Counted from the whole stretch's first letter, positions 52,234-63,721 are shown. The stretch is DNA of 63,721 nucleotides, filler included, from Choristocarpus tenellus KU-1152 (GCA_964200185.2; 12 parts of 12 records of this genome joined end to end with filler, not necessarily neighbours in it); one strand, 5' to 3'. Notes: a model not told the origin generated them from the letters alone. Numbers and translations: made by a program.

Positions 52234-52492
52234 GAGCCAAAGTATCTTAGAGGGTAGGGCTACGTTCATTTGGGGACCAAAATCCAATGTTGCGATTTTG
52301 ATGTAATTTTGGCTATCGTGTTTGTTAGGAGATGTCAATATCCTTGTTCCGGGCACACCTTTTCATAACGTATATATTTTACCTACTCCGAAACATTTTG
52401 GAGCAGGAACATGTCACAAAAAACCCCTTCGGAAGCCAAGCCCCAAACGGACAAACAGGGCAAAACTCTTACCCTCTAAGATACTTTTAGTC
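52234..52492 (-). mobile_element. MITE family A (TSD TGTT)
   Basis: TGTT at 52230-52233 and 52493-52496; TIRs present. Confidence 0.93.
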
Positions 52493-52940
52493 TGTTTTGC
52501 TCCCTAGCACAATGAGCAGCTTTTGAAAGTGTGAGAGTAAGACCTGAGCTCAGACCAGCATGGCAGCACCAGCACTACACAAGGGATTCTTTCTACTCGT
52601 ACACACAAGATTTTCGGTCTGATGGAGCGTAAGACATCATATATTACACCAGTTGCTTTGAGTAATGTGCTCGTGTGGTTTCAAATTTGAACATTGCAAC
52701 TGAGGGGACTGTTAGAGACAGGCAGAGAGCCTGATGTGATGCCCTTGAAGAGAGTAAGACACCAAGTAGGCTTCGTCGAAATATATCAAAGGGATGCACT
52801 ACTCTGAAGTGTTAGTAATTGGTGGGGAGAGGAAATCTGTTGCCCTTATTTATGGGAAAATACAAATACCTGAACAACGTAATAATTGACTCTTTTCAGA
52901 GCAGCTATCCTTTCCAGAATACCAAAATGCCGAGTAATAG

Positions 52941-53071
52941 CCTACCAGTGTAACATATGAATATATCACAGTGTCTGTTCCAATTATGTACCAAAATATG
53001 TAGCTCCTACCAGTGTAACATATGAATATATCACAGTGTCTGTTCCAATTATCTACCAAAATATGTAACTC
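52941..53071. repeat. 65-bp tandem duplication
   Basis: CCTACCAGTGTAACATATGAATATATCACAGTGTCTGTTCCAATTAT... x2. Confidence 0.93.
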
Positions 53072-53494
53072 CCCATCAAGACAAATATCATCACATGAAA
53101 CGCCCTACGTATATACTATATATATGTATTTTATTGTACTTCTGACAAAAATTATAATCTGCATGTTACCAACTACGATCAACATACCATAGAGAGCCGA
53201 AGCAAACAAGAGGTACCCAGGTTTTTTTTTCTGTGTTGCACTTGAAAACACTTTAAAAAATCTTTTTGCAATTAACCCTCATTTCTATGGCTGAAGTGCT
53301 ACCGATGACTTGAGAGCATTGTCTTCTCAATTGTTTGAAAATTTTCGACACAACTCAGAAACTTCCCCACACACAATTCTACAGGAAGACGAAATTTGCA
53401 CATTTGTCAGCAATTCTTGAAGCGCAATCCCTGACACCTCTTGTTTGCCTTGGATATGAGCTTTTCAAACAGTTGACAACACCATATATTGTGT

Positions 53495-54010
53495 GAGTGA
53501 ATCTTAGAGGGCACGAGGTTTTCCCTGTTTGTCCATTTGGGACTTGGCTTCCCATGTTTTTTTAGTGACCTTTTCCTACTCCAAAATATTTCAGAGTAGG
53601 TAAAATGTATACGCTATGAAAAGGTGTTCCAGGAACAAGGATACTGACACTTCTGAGCAAACACAACAGCCAAAATTACATCAAAATCTCAACATTGGAT
53701 TTTGAGTCAAACTATCTTAGAGGGTAGAGCTGCGTCCAATTGGGGACCAAAATCAAATGTCGCAATTTCGATGTAATTTTGGCTATTGTGTTTGTTCGGG
53801 AGTGTTAATATCCTTGTTGCGGACACACCGTTTCATAATGTACACATTATACTTACTCCGAAACATTTTGGACTAGGAAAATGTCATAAAAACCCCCATG
53901 GGAAGCCAGGCTCTAAACGGACAAAGAAGGCAAAATTCGTACTCTCTAAGATACTTTCACTCTTTTGGTCCCAGATGGACGTGGCCCTACCCTCTAAGAT
54001 ACTTTGGTTC
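53495..54010 (+). mobile_element. MITE family A host copy, split by a second copy
   Basis: 5' part 53495-53703, 3' part 53967-54010. Confidence 0.88.
53704..53962 (-). mobile_element. MITE family A nested copy (TSD TTTT)
   Basis: GAGTCAAACTATCTTAGAGGG...CTCTAAGATACTTTCACTC, flanked by TTTT; inverted relative to host. Confidence 0.92.
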
Positions 54011-55923
54011 TGTTCACAAGCAAGTAATGCTCCTCCTGGTTGCAATAAGTCCTGCCTCTCTGCATAGTTGTTCTCTGTCCACGGACATGGCAAATAGAGT
54101 GTCTAGTGGTCTACCAATGTTAGGAGACAAGAAGGTGCAATACGATATACAGGTTCAAATCCTATGTTTTGGCGTAGTGGGTTTTGTGCATCTGGTGAAC
54201 TTTGTCCCATGATATAGTGACTATTGAAAACTCAACTTGTGGGTAAGATACCTCTCTCTATATATATATATTATATGATATGATATGAAGCTTAGAACCT
54301 CTCCCCAGTTGATGCATGTTATATGTCTTGATGTAGCTGAGTCCAACATGCTAGGTAGATGACATGGCACATGACTGTTCTGATGGGGCAAACAACGGAA
54401 ACCACAACAAGCTATGTTCGAAATCGGAATATATACTTGAGAGTGCTCCTCTTGACCCCTAAAGGAGGGGTTGAGTTAATTATTGAACCAGGAAACGACA
54501 GGTAGTCAGGACAACAAAAGAAGCGAGGGGTACATGGATATCTGTCCTTGTCTCTGCATTTTTGTGTCACTAATGAGACAGTGTAAATGCCTAATCCTTG
54601 AGGGAGCATTGTGTATTTAATGAGGCGATAGTCATACCAGGCCAGCTCCTATCATTCATACATTCAGCACACATTTGTACGAGCGTGAACCATAGTTTTT
54701 TCATCATTTCATCTTCATCTGCTGTTTCAACCCAAGAATAGACATCTGTCCAGCAACAACCTCCCCTATCTTTTCAGCGATCTGTTGAATGAAAAGTGAC
54801 CAGGTTAGTTTCAGAGCCCCAAAGTAAGGAAATCATTCATGCCCATTTCAACAGAAAAAGGCGTTTTGGAAGCCCCACCACATACCTCCAAGACTGCCGG
54901 GGGAAATAGCTCCAGACAATAGCTCCGGACAGAAACGTTCACTGTCCAGGTTCACGATTATGGGGACCCCCACCGCATGTTCCAAGGTCAAGATTTCTCA
55001 GCTTAAACTAAGCCTAAAAGTCCACTCATTTATCGAGTCATATTTGGTCTGTGTGTGGCACATGAAGTCAAGGTAGAAAAAGCTCAACCTTGCCTAATTG
55101 AATATGCTGTGGGTACATTCACTCTCAAAAGAATGTTATTGAATATGTGTTGCCACAGCCTTCATTGACTGTGATTTCACTGAACTTCAATTTAAGAGGT
55201 AAGCCCACGAGTGTTAACTAGGGTCACGCTCCTTGAGGAGTCACCCTTTATGCCCTCTACTGGGTGAAGAAGACAGCAATTGCACAGCTCTAGAGAGAGG
55301 GGAGGCGCTGGCACGCATACCCTACTGGTTTCAATGTTTTCCATTGGTGAGTACACTGTTGCATTGTGGTCGTTTTGTGACCTGGTGAAACCATTTCCTT
55401 TCTCACTGTACTTCAAGTATCTTCTTTGAACATTTCAGCGTAATTGATCAAGGTGGGAAGGTTACTTTGGCAGGATTGAAGATAGAAGGACAAGTGAAAC
55501 TCGCAACATCTAGAGATGCCCAATCTAGTGATGTCACTCTCCCTTCCTAAGGACTTCATTGATGAAGAAATGAATACTGCACTACTACAGATTCGTCAAC
55601 CTACTGTAGCAGACTGCAACCCGTGCCATCCATGTAGACGTACCTCAGACTGTGATATGACCACAAACATATATTTATCAAGACCTGTTTATAGCTAGGT
55701 TCTCCTGGTTTAAACTGCCTTTTCAACAACCTATCAACAGTTAGATTTGACAATGCATTTAACACAACTGTTTTTGCCTTTGAGCAGTCTATCGATATCC
55801 CCACCCAACACCAACTCAACTTTGTAAGAATCCATTGGATTGGCTTTCAGGAGTATCTATTTGAACCAGTGTTGTTAATCACGACACTTCAAATCAGGTC
55901 CCGTTCAACTAATCTGACAGAGT

Positions 55924-55946
55924 AACCCTAACCCTAACCCTAACCA
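55924..55946. repeat. Short interstitial (CCCTAA)n telomere-type repeat
   Basis: TAACCCTAACCCTAACCCTAACC. Confidence 0.7.
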
Positions 55947-55980
55947 AGAAAAAGATAAAGCTATTCGCTTTTCTAACTTT

Positions 55981-56239
55981 GAGTGAAAGTATCTTAGAGG
56001 GTACGAGTTTTGCCCTGTTTTTCTATTTGGGGCTTGGCTTCCCAAGTATTTTTTTTATGATTTTTTCCTATTCCAAAATGTTTTGGAGTAGGTAAAATGT
56101 ATACTTTATGAAAAGGTGTGTCCAGAACAAGGATACTGACACTTCCTAACAAACACAACAGCCAAAATTACATCAAAATCGCAACATTGGAGTTTGACCC
56201 CCAATGGACGCCGCCCTACCCTCTAAGATACTTTGACTC
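55981..56239 (+). mobile_element. MITE family A, near-consensus copy
   Basis: TIR GAGTGAAAGTATCTTAGAGGGTA / TACCCTCTAAGATACTTTGACTC; flanks CTTT/TTTT. Confidence 0.95.
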
Positions 56240-56841
56240 TTTTAAAAAATAAAAAAAACGCGTACAGTCAGAAGTGGGACTAAATTCAATGTGAAGGGAA
56301 GTGAAGTGACTGTTGAGCGTGTCAGAGCTCACAGAGTGAGTAATATTCATCACAACTCACTACACTTTCCACTGTTCGAGGATTTGGATCAACCTGCAGA
56401 GGGCTATGGAGAGAGGCCTTGGAGCTTTTTCCTCAAGGTAAAAACACACCACATAGCAACCTGTACGATAGATTGTGTCGCCTCGTGCACCCACAGATCA
56501 ATCGGATTAATCTATGTACATATATATATTTTCCCAATTCAATCTTAGTTGAAGTTTCTTTTGGGGTTTGCAGCAGTAGTTTTGACAATGCTGTGAATGG
56601 TCATACTTTGAAATAGTTGATTAAATGTTATCGTGATACCTACAATCAGTCGTCATGACATACATATATATATATATGTATATATGTATATATGGTCATG
56701 TCCTCTGATATTTTGCAGATGGGCTCAGAGTACCTGGAGATNNNNNNNNNNNNNNNNNNNNNNNNNNNNNNNNNNNNNNNNNNNNTTAATTAATTAANNN
56801 NNNNNNNNNNNNNNNNNNNNNNNNNNNNNNNNNNNNNNNNN

Positions 56842-56929
56842 TAGAAAATGTCATAAAAAACCCTGAGTGAATCCAAGCCCCAAACGGACAAACAGGGCAA
56901 AACTCGTACCCTCTAAGATACTTTCACTC
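56842..56929 (-). mobile_element. MITE family A partial
   Basis: Ends ...TACCCTCTAAGATACTTTCACTC; cut by the contig start. Confidence 0.9.
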
Positions 56930-57052
56930 AGCGCCTAATCTGGCTTGAACTTATCACAAGCACCAAAATCTTAACCTTCTTCTTCCAGGTCTACGTGTAT
57001 CCACACCAAATCTAATGTAGGATTACATTGTCTGAAATTGATGGGTTCGCAG

Positions 57053-60000
57053 GTTCCGATCATTGAGCTGTTGTCCCCTGATCTTGACTATGGTGAATGC
57101 TTTGTCCGCTTCCATGAGTTCCGCACGGTGGTTCTGGTAAATATTAGCCCCAACATCACTGGCCTCTTCCGTGTGGTGCCGCAAGACCCTGCTACATACA
57201 GCGTTGCCCGCATTTCTCCAGAGCCGGAGGAGGGACAGGTATTGGAAACTTGAGGGGTTGGCATTAGGGTTATCTTGATGCGCAGACAGGAGGAAAGGAC
57301 ATGAAATGTGATACAAATTGGATTATCCATAATTCTTGAACATTTTTCCAATTTTTTTTATAGGGAAAAATTGCAATAGGGTGCCATAAAAAATATTAGA
57401 TTTTTTATTTCCTTTCACTATATCTCTATACCATCACGATTGCCAACCACAGATGTAATTGAACTCTTCTGATTGTGTACATAGGTTTGCTTGGTCTGAA
57501 TACCATGGCCCTCTGCCTGGGGTGGACAGCCATTTGCACATTGTACATGCTATATGTGAATTTTGGTGTAGATTTGAAAATTTTGGCAATTTATTTATAT
57601 TTTCACAAAAGCAGGATGCAACCCAGTAGTATAGAGTCTGTGGGCTAAGAAAACCACCTAGAGAAAACAATTGCTTGGCATGCTTTTCAAACTTCTCTGT
57701 ATCTATTCCATTATATTGAACAAGCACCAATAACAACACCAGGTGCCACCTGGTGGAAGGGCGGAGATAAAACTGTGGCTCACTTGTGAGAAGATGGGAC
57801 AGTTCCGCCTCCCTATGACCGTAGAGATCAAGGTACGTCAAGACTAAGATATTCAGTGCAGTAGCTAGTTTCCTCTCCAAGTCACCTACACAGCAGTATC
57901 ACTACTGTAGTACCGTTGCATTGTGACAATTTCAAAGGTGAGAAAGGCCCCTGGAGTAGGTCAAATGAATTTCCAGTACCTACTATATGTATGGTAGGAT
58001 ATGCATACGTAACATAGAGTATAGTCAGCTTGTCTACATCTTGTCAAAAACAAGAAACAAAGTCACCATAGTTGACCATTGTTGTCTCCTAGGCCCGCAT
58101 TGACTCCAATATTGCTAGCCCTAGCATTGAAATTCTCATATCATAACCAACATGCTAATTGGCGCATTATGTAAGACAAGTTACACTTGAAATGCATGCA
58201 TTATATGAAGGATTAGGTAAGATATGTATACCTAACATAGAGTTTGATCAGCTTGTCTACATCTTGTCAAGATTGAGAAACAAAGTCATTGTAGTTGACT
58301 ATTTTGTCTTTCAGTCCCAGGTTGACTCAAACAATGCTAGCCTTAACTTTGACTTGCTCACATCATAGCCCACATGCAAATTGTCCCCTTAAATAAATGT
58401 GAATCACAATCCCTCCTCCATAAAAAAATGCCAACCACTTTAGGGAAGCGTGGAGCCTCCCCTCCAGGTCACAGTTTCAGCCACAAGCGTGGGTCCCATC
58501 ATACGACCCAATACTGATGCCATATCTTGGGGCTCAATCCCTTGCTTGGTCAACACTACAAGGACATTGCACTTGCTAAATCCTGGAAAAATTCCAGGAC
58601 CATTCAAAATTTTCCTCAAAAGCGCTCGCTCTAAGTTCAGGGTAGACATCAGGGAAGGTGTCCTGGCTCCCTCAGAGGTACTTGTATGTCAGTAGGGAAG
58701 GAGAGGTTAGAATAACCTGTAACGTACACCATTAGTGGTGTTGAACCACCACAAAGTTGAAGTCTATTGACCCAATTGTGTCTCTCAATTGCAAAAATTC
58801 GCCTCTGGTGTTAATTAGGGCTGATGCAGAGCTTCCATCCACCTATCCTTGAACATCACTCTCTACCCCTCAGGAGGTTGCCCTAACATTAACTGCCAAC
58901 CTGGATGATACCATCTCACACCAAGACGAATTGCATGTTATTGTAGCTGAGGGGGAGAATAGGCGGATAATGCTGTCTGCGAGGGGAACAGGAACTACGG
59001 TGTGGTAAGAATTACTCTTGTTTCACAGAAGAATAGAGATCGTTGCACAAGTTGCAAGGGAAATGACAAGTGAAGATATCAAGGAGAATACACTTATTAT
59101 TGAGGTCAGAAAGGTAAATAGATAATGTAGAAATCAAAATTTGTTGGTGTGAAACGTTGTTCCCCCGAACAGGTGCATGCATGATCTCTCCGTACTTGAC
59201 TTTGGGCATGTCTTCACGAGTGGCACCTGTGTAAGAAAGATCACCCTGGAAAACAAGGGAAGACGCCAGCAAGTGAGTGTGCGGTGATGTGGTCCTTCTT
59301 GTTCTCTTGATAGGACATGTGGTCTCTTGATAGATGTTTTTTGTGTTTGGCTTTTGTAAACTCTGTCTTTGAAGTCAACAGGGGGACGAAAGTTGGTTGT
59401 ATGCGTTCAGCACTTATGCTCCCCAAAGGCTGCTGAAACGTGCAATAACCTGTTTCCCGACTTCCTACCACGTTATACTATTTGCTTTCCTAACCTTTAC
59501 GCTGAAAGGAAAATGCACAATGATGCACACAACTTTTCTTCACGTCTTTCTCATTTGTTAGGTAGTTGAAACGAGTCCACTTGTTCCATATCACACATGC
59601 AAAGCCTATGCATTGTCAGTCCTTGGGTAGATGGTGATCATTCCACTATAGTTCAATGTCACTAACAATTCAGCATTCCATGTACCAACCCATGTGCGTG
59701 GCTGTGAAGCAGCAGCACAACCCATTGGTTGTCTCTTTAAGGAACGCAAAACTAGATACCATGGACAGGAACATTCTATCCATTACAATTCACAAGAACC
59801 ACATTGTGAGATGTCACAAGTCAGAAATATTTCTATCCTCCATTTGAAACTTTAGTTGTGTTTCATGTGCCAGTCGGGGCTCAAAGTATCTAGGGAGGGG
59901 TGGTGGCTGTCCATTTGGGGTCAATTTTTCCACATCGCGATTTTTGTGTGATTTGGTTGCATGCATCAGATGGATAGTGTAAGTTCACTTCCCCTGGTCA

Positions 60001-60305
60001 GGTCCCAAATGGACATCCTGGTGTAGACCCCACCTCCCCCCCAGATACTATGACCCTCATTCATCCCGATTCCACTCATCCCGATTCCACTCATCCCGAT
60101 TCCACTCATCCCGATTCCACAGGCTCTCAAGTGGGTAAACCAAACTGTCAAGGAGAAACAGATCATAGCAGCAGCAAAGCTAAAAGCACAGCAGAAGAAG
60201 GATGCACAGGCTGGAGGGCAGGGCAGTAGTAGTGACAGTGGTGGGGCAGGAGGCCGGCCAAAGGAGACACCAACAATTGAACCAGTATTTACAGTCAAAC
60301 CACAG
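57053..60305 (+). CDS. HYDIN: HYDIN (axonemal central-pair ASH-repeat protein), six internal exons
   Basis: Exons 57053-57238, 57743-57832, 58444-58677, 58874-59004, 59173-59272 and 60123-60305 splice in phase: LDYGECFV; GSVEPPLQV..SATSVGP; WGSIPCL; LDDT...DEL; ARGTGTT; LDFGHVF...LENKGRRQQALKW; PVFTVKP. Confidence 0.85.
57992..58384. repeat. Diverged tandem duplication (~170 bp similar, ~225-bp spacing) in a HYDIN intron
   Basis: GGTA.GATATG.ATAC.TAACATAGAGT...TCAGCTTGTCTACATCTTGTCAA twice. Confidence 0.8.
59878..60056 (-). mobile_element. MITE family B (~180 bp)
   Basis: GGCTCAAAGTATCT...AGATACTATGACCC; reverse complement of 60468-60647. Confidence 0.88.
60061..60120. repeat. 15-bp perfect tandem repeat x4 (TCATCCCGATTCCAC)
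   Basis: Directly visible; abuts the AG acceptor at 60121-60122. Confidence 0.97.
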
Positions 60306-60467
60306 GTGCATGCAACCATGATGTCAAATTGAAGAATTCGCATTGAACTTTACTCCACCATGGATATTGGGGGACCCCATTCCATTTGCACCTATACGAT
60401 TGACTTGATGCTAAGAGCATATGGGAGTCCTCCTTCCTATACACTACTCTATGCTGTGGCAGGAGGA

Positions 60468-60647
60468 CACTCACAGTATCTGGGAGGGGGGGGGGGGTCT
60501 ACGCCAGGGAGTGCATTTGGACCAAAATCAAGAAAAGTGCATTTATAGTATCCATGTGACGTATGCATCCAAATCACCCAAAAATCGCGACATAAAAAAA
60601 TTGACCCCAAATGGACAGCCGCCACTCCCTCCCAGATACTTTGAGCC
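60468..60647 (+). mobile_element. MITE family B (TSD AGGA)
   Basis: AGGA at 60464-60467 and 60648-60651; ends CAGATACTTTGAGCC. Confidence 0.88.
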
Positions 60648-60843
60648 AGGATACAACCCGGTACCCAAAGTCGGAAAAAAGATTAAAATTTCCTCTCTTA
60701 GTTTCAATGACCACACCCTCCCTAAACATCACAACAATGGGACAAATCCTCTCCAATATATTTATATTGAAGGGACTGACAGCATATGATATCATTATCC
60801 ACCTAGGAGTGCAGTCCCATCCTTCTCCTTTGTTGACCCTGTT

Positions 60844-60913
60844 GGCTCAATGTATCTGGAAGGGGTTGGCGGCTGTCCATTTGGGGTCAATTTTTTCATG
60901 TCAATTTTTTGGG
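60844..60913 (-). mobile_element. MITE family B partial
   Basis: GGCTCAATGTATCTGG...GCTGTCCATTTGGGGTCAATTTTTTCATGTC. Confidence 0.85.
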
Positions 60914-62289
60914 NNNNNNNNNNNNNNNNNNNNNNNNNNNNNNNNNNNNNNNNNNNNTTAATTAATTAANNNNNNNNNNNNNNNNNNNNNNNNNNNNNNN
61001 NNNNNNNNNNNNNAATCTCACCGGGTTTATCACCTTTATCCTCTTTGATGATTTTGAGGATACTTTAACACTGCACATGCTTCTTGGATCATTTTTTTGC
61101 TCAAAACAACATAATCTCACCAGCGCATTATCTACGACACCCCTCCACACTCACATATCGATGCTTGAGAAAAATCACTGCCCACATTTACCTCCCCCCC
61201 CTTTCCCCTCTCTTGCTCCTTCACCAAGATGATCCCGAATTTTGTACCTTCATCTGCATCTGCCATCGGAGATATCCGCATATACCAGCCACTGGTTGGG
61301 CTACCGAATAAATCAATATCATTGTAATTGTTCATATTATGTGCTAATGATGTAGAATACAAGGAGGATTACCACGCCTTAGTATCCCTGTTAAGTTCCC
61401 AGTACCCATGACATATACTGGAGCATCACCAGCTGCTACTCAAATAAGCTTTTCCATACCTGAAAGTTGCGACTTTTAACAAAAAGCAATTTGTATGTGC
61501 TTCACGTTGATATGGGGTGTCAACAGGTCACACCAATTTCCCGTACTACTATCTGTTCCATATCCCCCCCATTACAGTAGAGCAATGCAGTAGCAGTCTC
61601 CACCGTCTTTCCAAGGACTTCCTGCCCATCCAAGGACCCCTCATGAACAATCTGAGGACAAGATACCTGCCTTCAGGCTCCTGTTGCCACTTTTTTTTCA
61701 AAATCAGCTTGTCCACTGCCTGATCCCCAGATGATCATACCGCTGCCACAAGTCTTTGATTTCCCCTCCTTCTGTTACCGATATCAAAGGACCCGCTCAT
61801 TGTGCCAACCTTCTCACCTGTACACGACATGTGGGAGCGTTTACATGCATCCGAACTAAGCGTACGTTGATCTCGAAGTATTTGTTCATTCTCAACTATA
61901 TCTGATCTATCCTTCCTTGTAGTTCTCGTACCACCACTGCCATCTGGCCAACCTGTGTTCACTACACCCCTGCCTACCTCTTTCGTGCAATTTTCTCAAC
62001 TCTTTACTTGTTATAACTTGTTGTAACATGTTGCACAAGTAGGTTGATCAATTTCCTTTCTGGTACCTTCAAACCCTTCTCCCAGGCTCCCCACTCTTCA
62101 CTGGAGCGTGTGTCCTTACTCTGGTCTAGAAACTTGTAATCTCAATCCTTACCACTCTGGTATCCACCTCGCCATTCCCTGATCCATCTTTCTCTTAACC
62201 CTTCCAATTTCTTCCTAGTGTTTGGAATGATTGTAGGGTGCTCTTTGATAAATGTGGAGTACTATGGATGAAGGTCCAGATGATGGGGA

Positions 62290-62925
62290 GGATTGATATG
62301 GGAGATGGACACACGAATATTTGCTACATTGGTTTGTGAGTGGATCCGTGGAAAGTGGCTGCATTGGTATGTGGGTGGATGCACGGAAAGTGACTTCACT
62401 GATTTATGAGCGGATAAGTCGAAGTTGGCGTATTGGTATTGGCATGGATATGAGAAAGTGTCCCGATTAGTTTTAGAAGTGGATACAAGAGTCCAAGCGA
62501 CTGAGAGATAGGCAGGTTTGAGCCTTTTTACATTCTAAGCAATCTTCCTTACCCTATGTAATACGCGCCACTACATTGCTTTATATCAATAACAGTGTAC
62601 AAAAAATTGATATTCCCCCTTTTTCAAACAAAAGTGACACCACAAGTCAGTTAAGGTCCTTTCCACAATTGTACAAAATGGCAACTCTCTGCCCTTTCTC
62701 GAGGTCCTCGAAACACTACCTTGCCTACCTCTCAATTCGTTTGGCTCTACATGGAAAATGGCCGCATTGGTGTGCGGATGGATACGTGGATTTTGGGGGC
62801 ATTGGTGCATGAGTGGATGCAGGGAAAGAAAGGGGTGCATTGGTTTGGAAGCGGATATGTGGAACTTAGTTGCTGCTTTGCGGTGTGAGTGGATACGTGT
62901 AAATTGGTCGCATAGTTGGGGTGGA
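62290..62925. repeat. Degenerate ~35-bp minisatellite in two blocks
   Basis: GCTGCATTGGTWTGTGRGTGGATRCRYGGAAAGTG-like units at ~62290-62490 and ~62750-62925. Confidence 0.7.
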
Positions 62926-63539
62926 AACAAGGTGGTGATGTGACGTTAGTTGATGAGGAGCAAAGTGGACACGTGACGTAAAGAGATAGGAAATAGAATA
63001 AGGTAGATTTTTTTGAGAACAAAAGTTGGGTTTATGTTTCTAAGACATCTATTTTTGAAAAAAAAAATGTTGAAAATAAATTATTCACACAAAGCTTTTA
63101 AAGCTGTTCACAGGATGTAAGATCCACCACCTAGTAGTCAGATCTGTCCACTCGATATATATATGTCTTCCTGTATGACGAATGAGAGGGGGGAGTGGTC
63201 ATCGTCGGGTTCCTTGTGAAGACTAGGCCCTGTTGGACATTTCAATACCAGCAATTACCAAGCACAGCTTGAGTGCAAAGCAAAATGGAGAATCCTTTTG
63301 TACAGGATTCGACACCTGCCTAAAGTCGATTACCGGTGTTGCCGTGCACTAAAAGTGCGGATAACTAATATGTTGCAATGTCCCCGATTCCGTTTCGACA
63401 TCATAAAAGGCTGTCATTTGGTGCGCGTTTTTGGAGCTGAAATGGTGGAGTTCATCTTGATTTGAGTGTTGCGTGGCTCGAAATGAAGGTCTGGCATAGT
63501 TAAAGCCTTGCATGAAAGACCAATGAGATCTGTTCATCC

Positions 63540-63721
63540 ACCTAAAGTATCTGGGGGGGTCTGCACCAGGGTGTCAATTTGGGTCATAACAAGGAAAAGT
63601 GCACTTACATTATCCATCCGACGTATGCAACCAAATCACCCAAAAATCGCGACATAAAAAAATTGTCCCCAAATGGACAGTAAGTCAGCACCCCCCCCCC
63701 CCCCCCCCCCCCCCACCCCCC
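63540..63721 (+). mobile_element. MITE family B (truncated at window end)
   Basis: AAAGTATCTGGGGGGGTCT...AAATCACCCAAAAATCGCGACATAAAAAAATTG.CCCCAAATGGACAG. Confidence 0.85.

Noticed and set aside
37901-53071. Two unrelated tandem duplications both with a 65-bp period
   Set aside because: No sequence similarity and on different contigs; treated as coincidence.
55924-55946. Telomere end
   Set aside because: Under four units and internal to the contig. Similar short CCCTAA/TTAGGG runs occur at ~34790, ~44712 and ~46790.
2609-61013. Regularly recurring TTAATTAATTAA motif flanked by Ns
   Set aside because: Artificial six-frame-stop linker joining contigs. It also invalidates any gene-cluster reading across contigs.
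62290-62925. 35-bp repeats as a CRISPR array
   Set aside because: Units are contiguous and degenerate, with no unique spacers.

Overview
Eukaryotic nuclear DNA, most likely a photosynthetic stramenopile such as a brown alga. The basis is intron-rich genes, a nuclear plastid rpl10 with a bipartite signal/'AF' transit peptide, HYDIN, and TTAGGG-type repeats. The window is not contiguous: it is 12 small contigs joined by artificial 100-bp linkers (N44-TTAATTAATTAA-N44), so adjacency across linkers carries no meaning. Main contents: (1) a decayed Sola-like DDD transposase split by 7 spliceosomal introns; (2) about 20 full or partial copies of two related MITE families with GRGTSAAAGTATCT termini and 4-bp TSDs, two of them MITE-in-MITE nests; (3) a 15.5-kb LTR-retrotransposon nest whose frame is an unusual fold-back chromodomain Gypsy ending in two inverted copies of the same LTR 3' end, sitting in an AAT microsatellite and carrying two nested Copia elements; (4) host genes or fragments: complete plastid rpl10 head-to-head with a second probably plastid-targeted gene, HYDIN exons, a TRP-like channel with two intronic tRNA-Asn genes, a PHD/chromodomain protein, and single ankyrin and Rab-like exons; (5) a mariner-like relic, a third tRNA-Asn, many mini/microsatellites, and an AT-rich decayed contig with possible ERV1/ALR-like (viral?) motifs. 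All calls were made by eye, without database searches.
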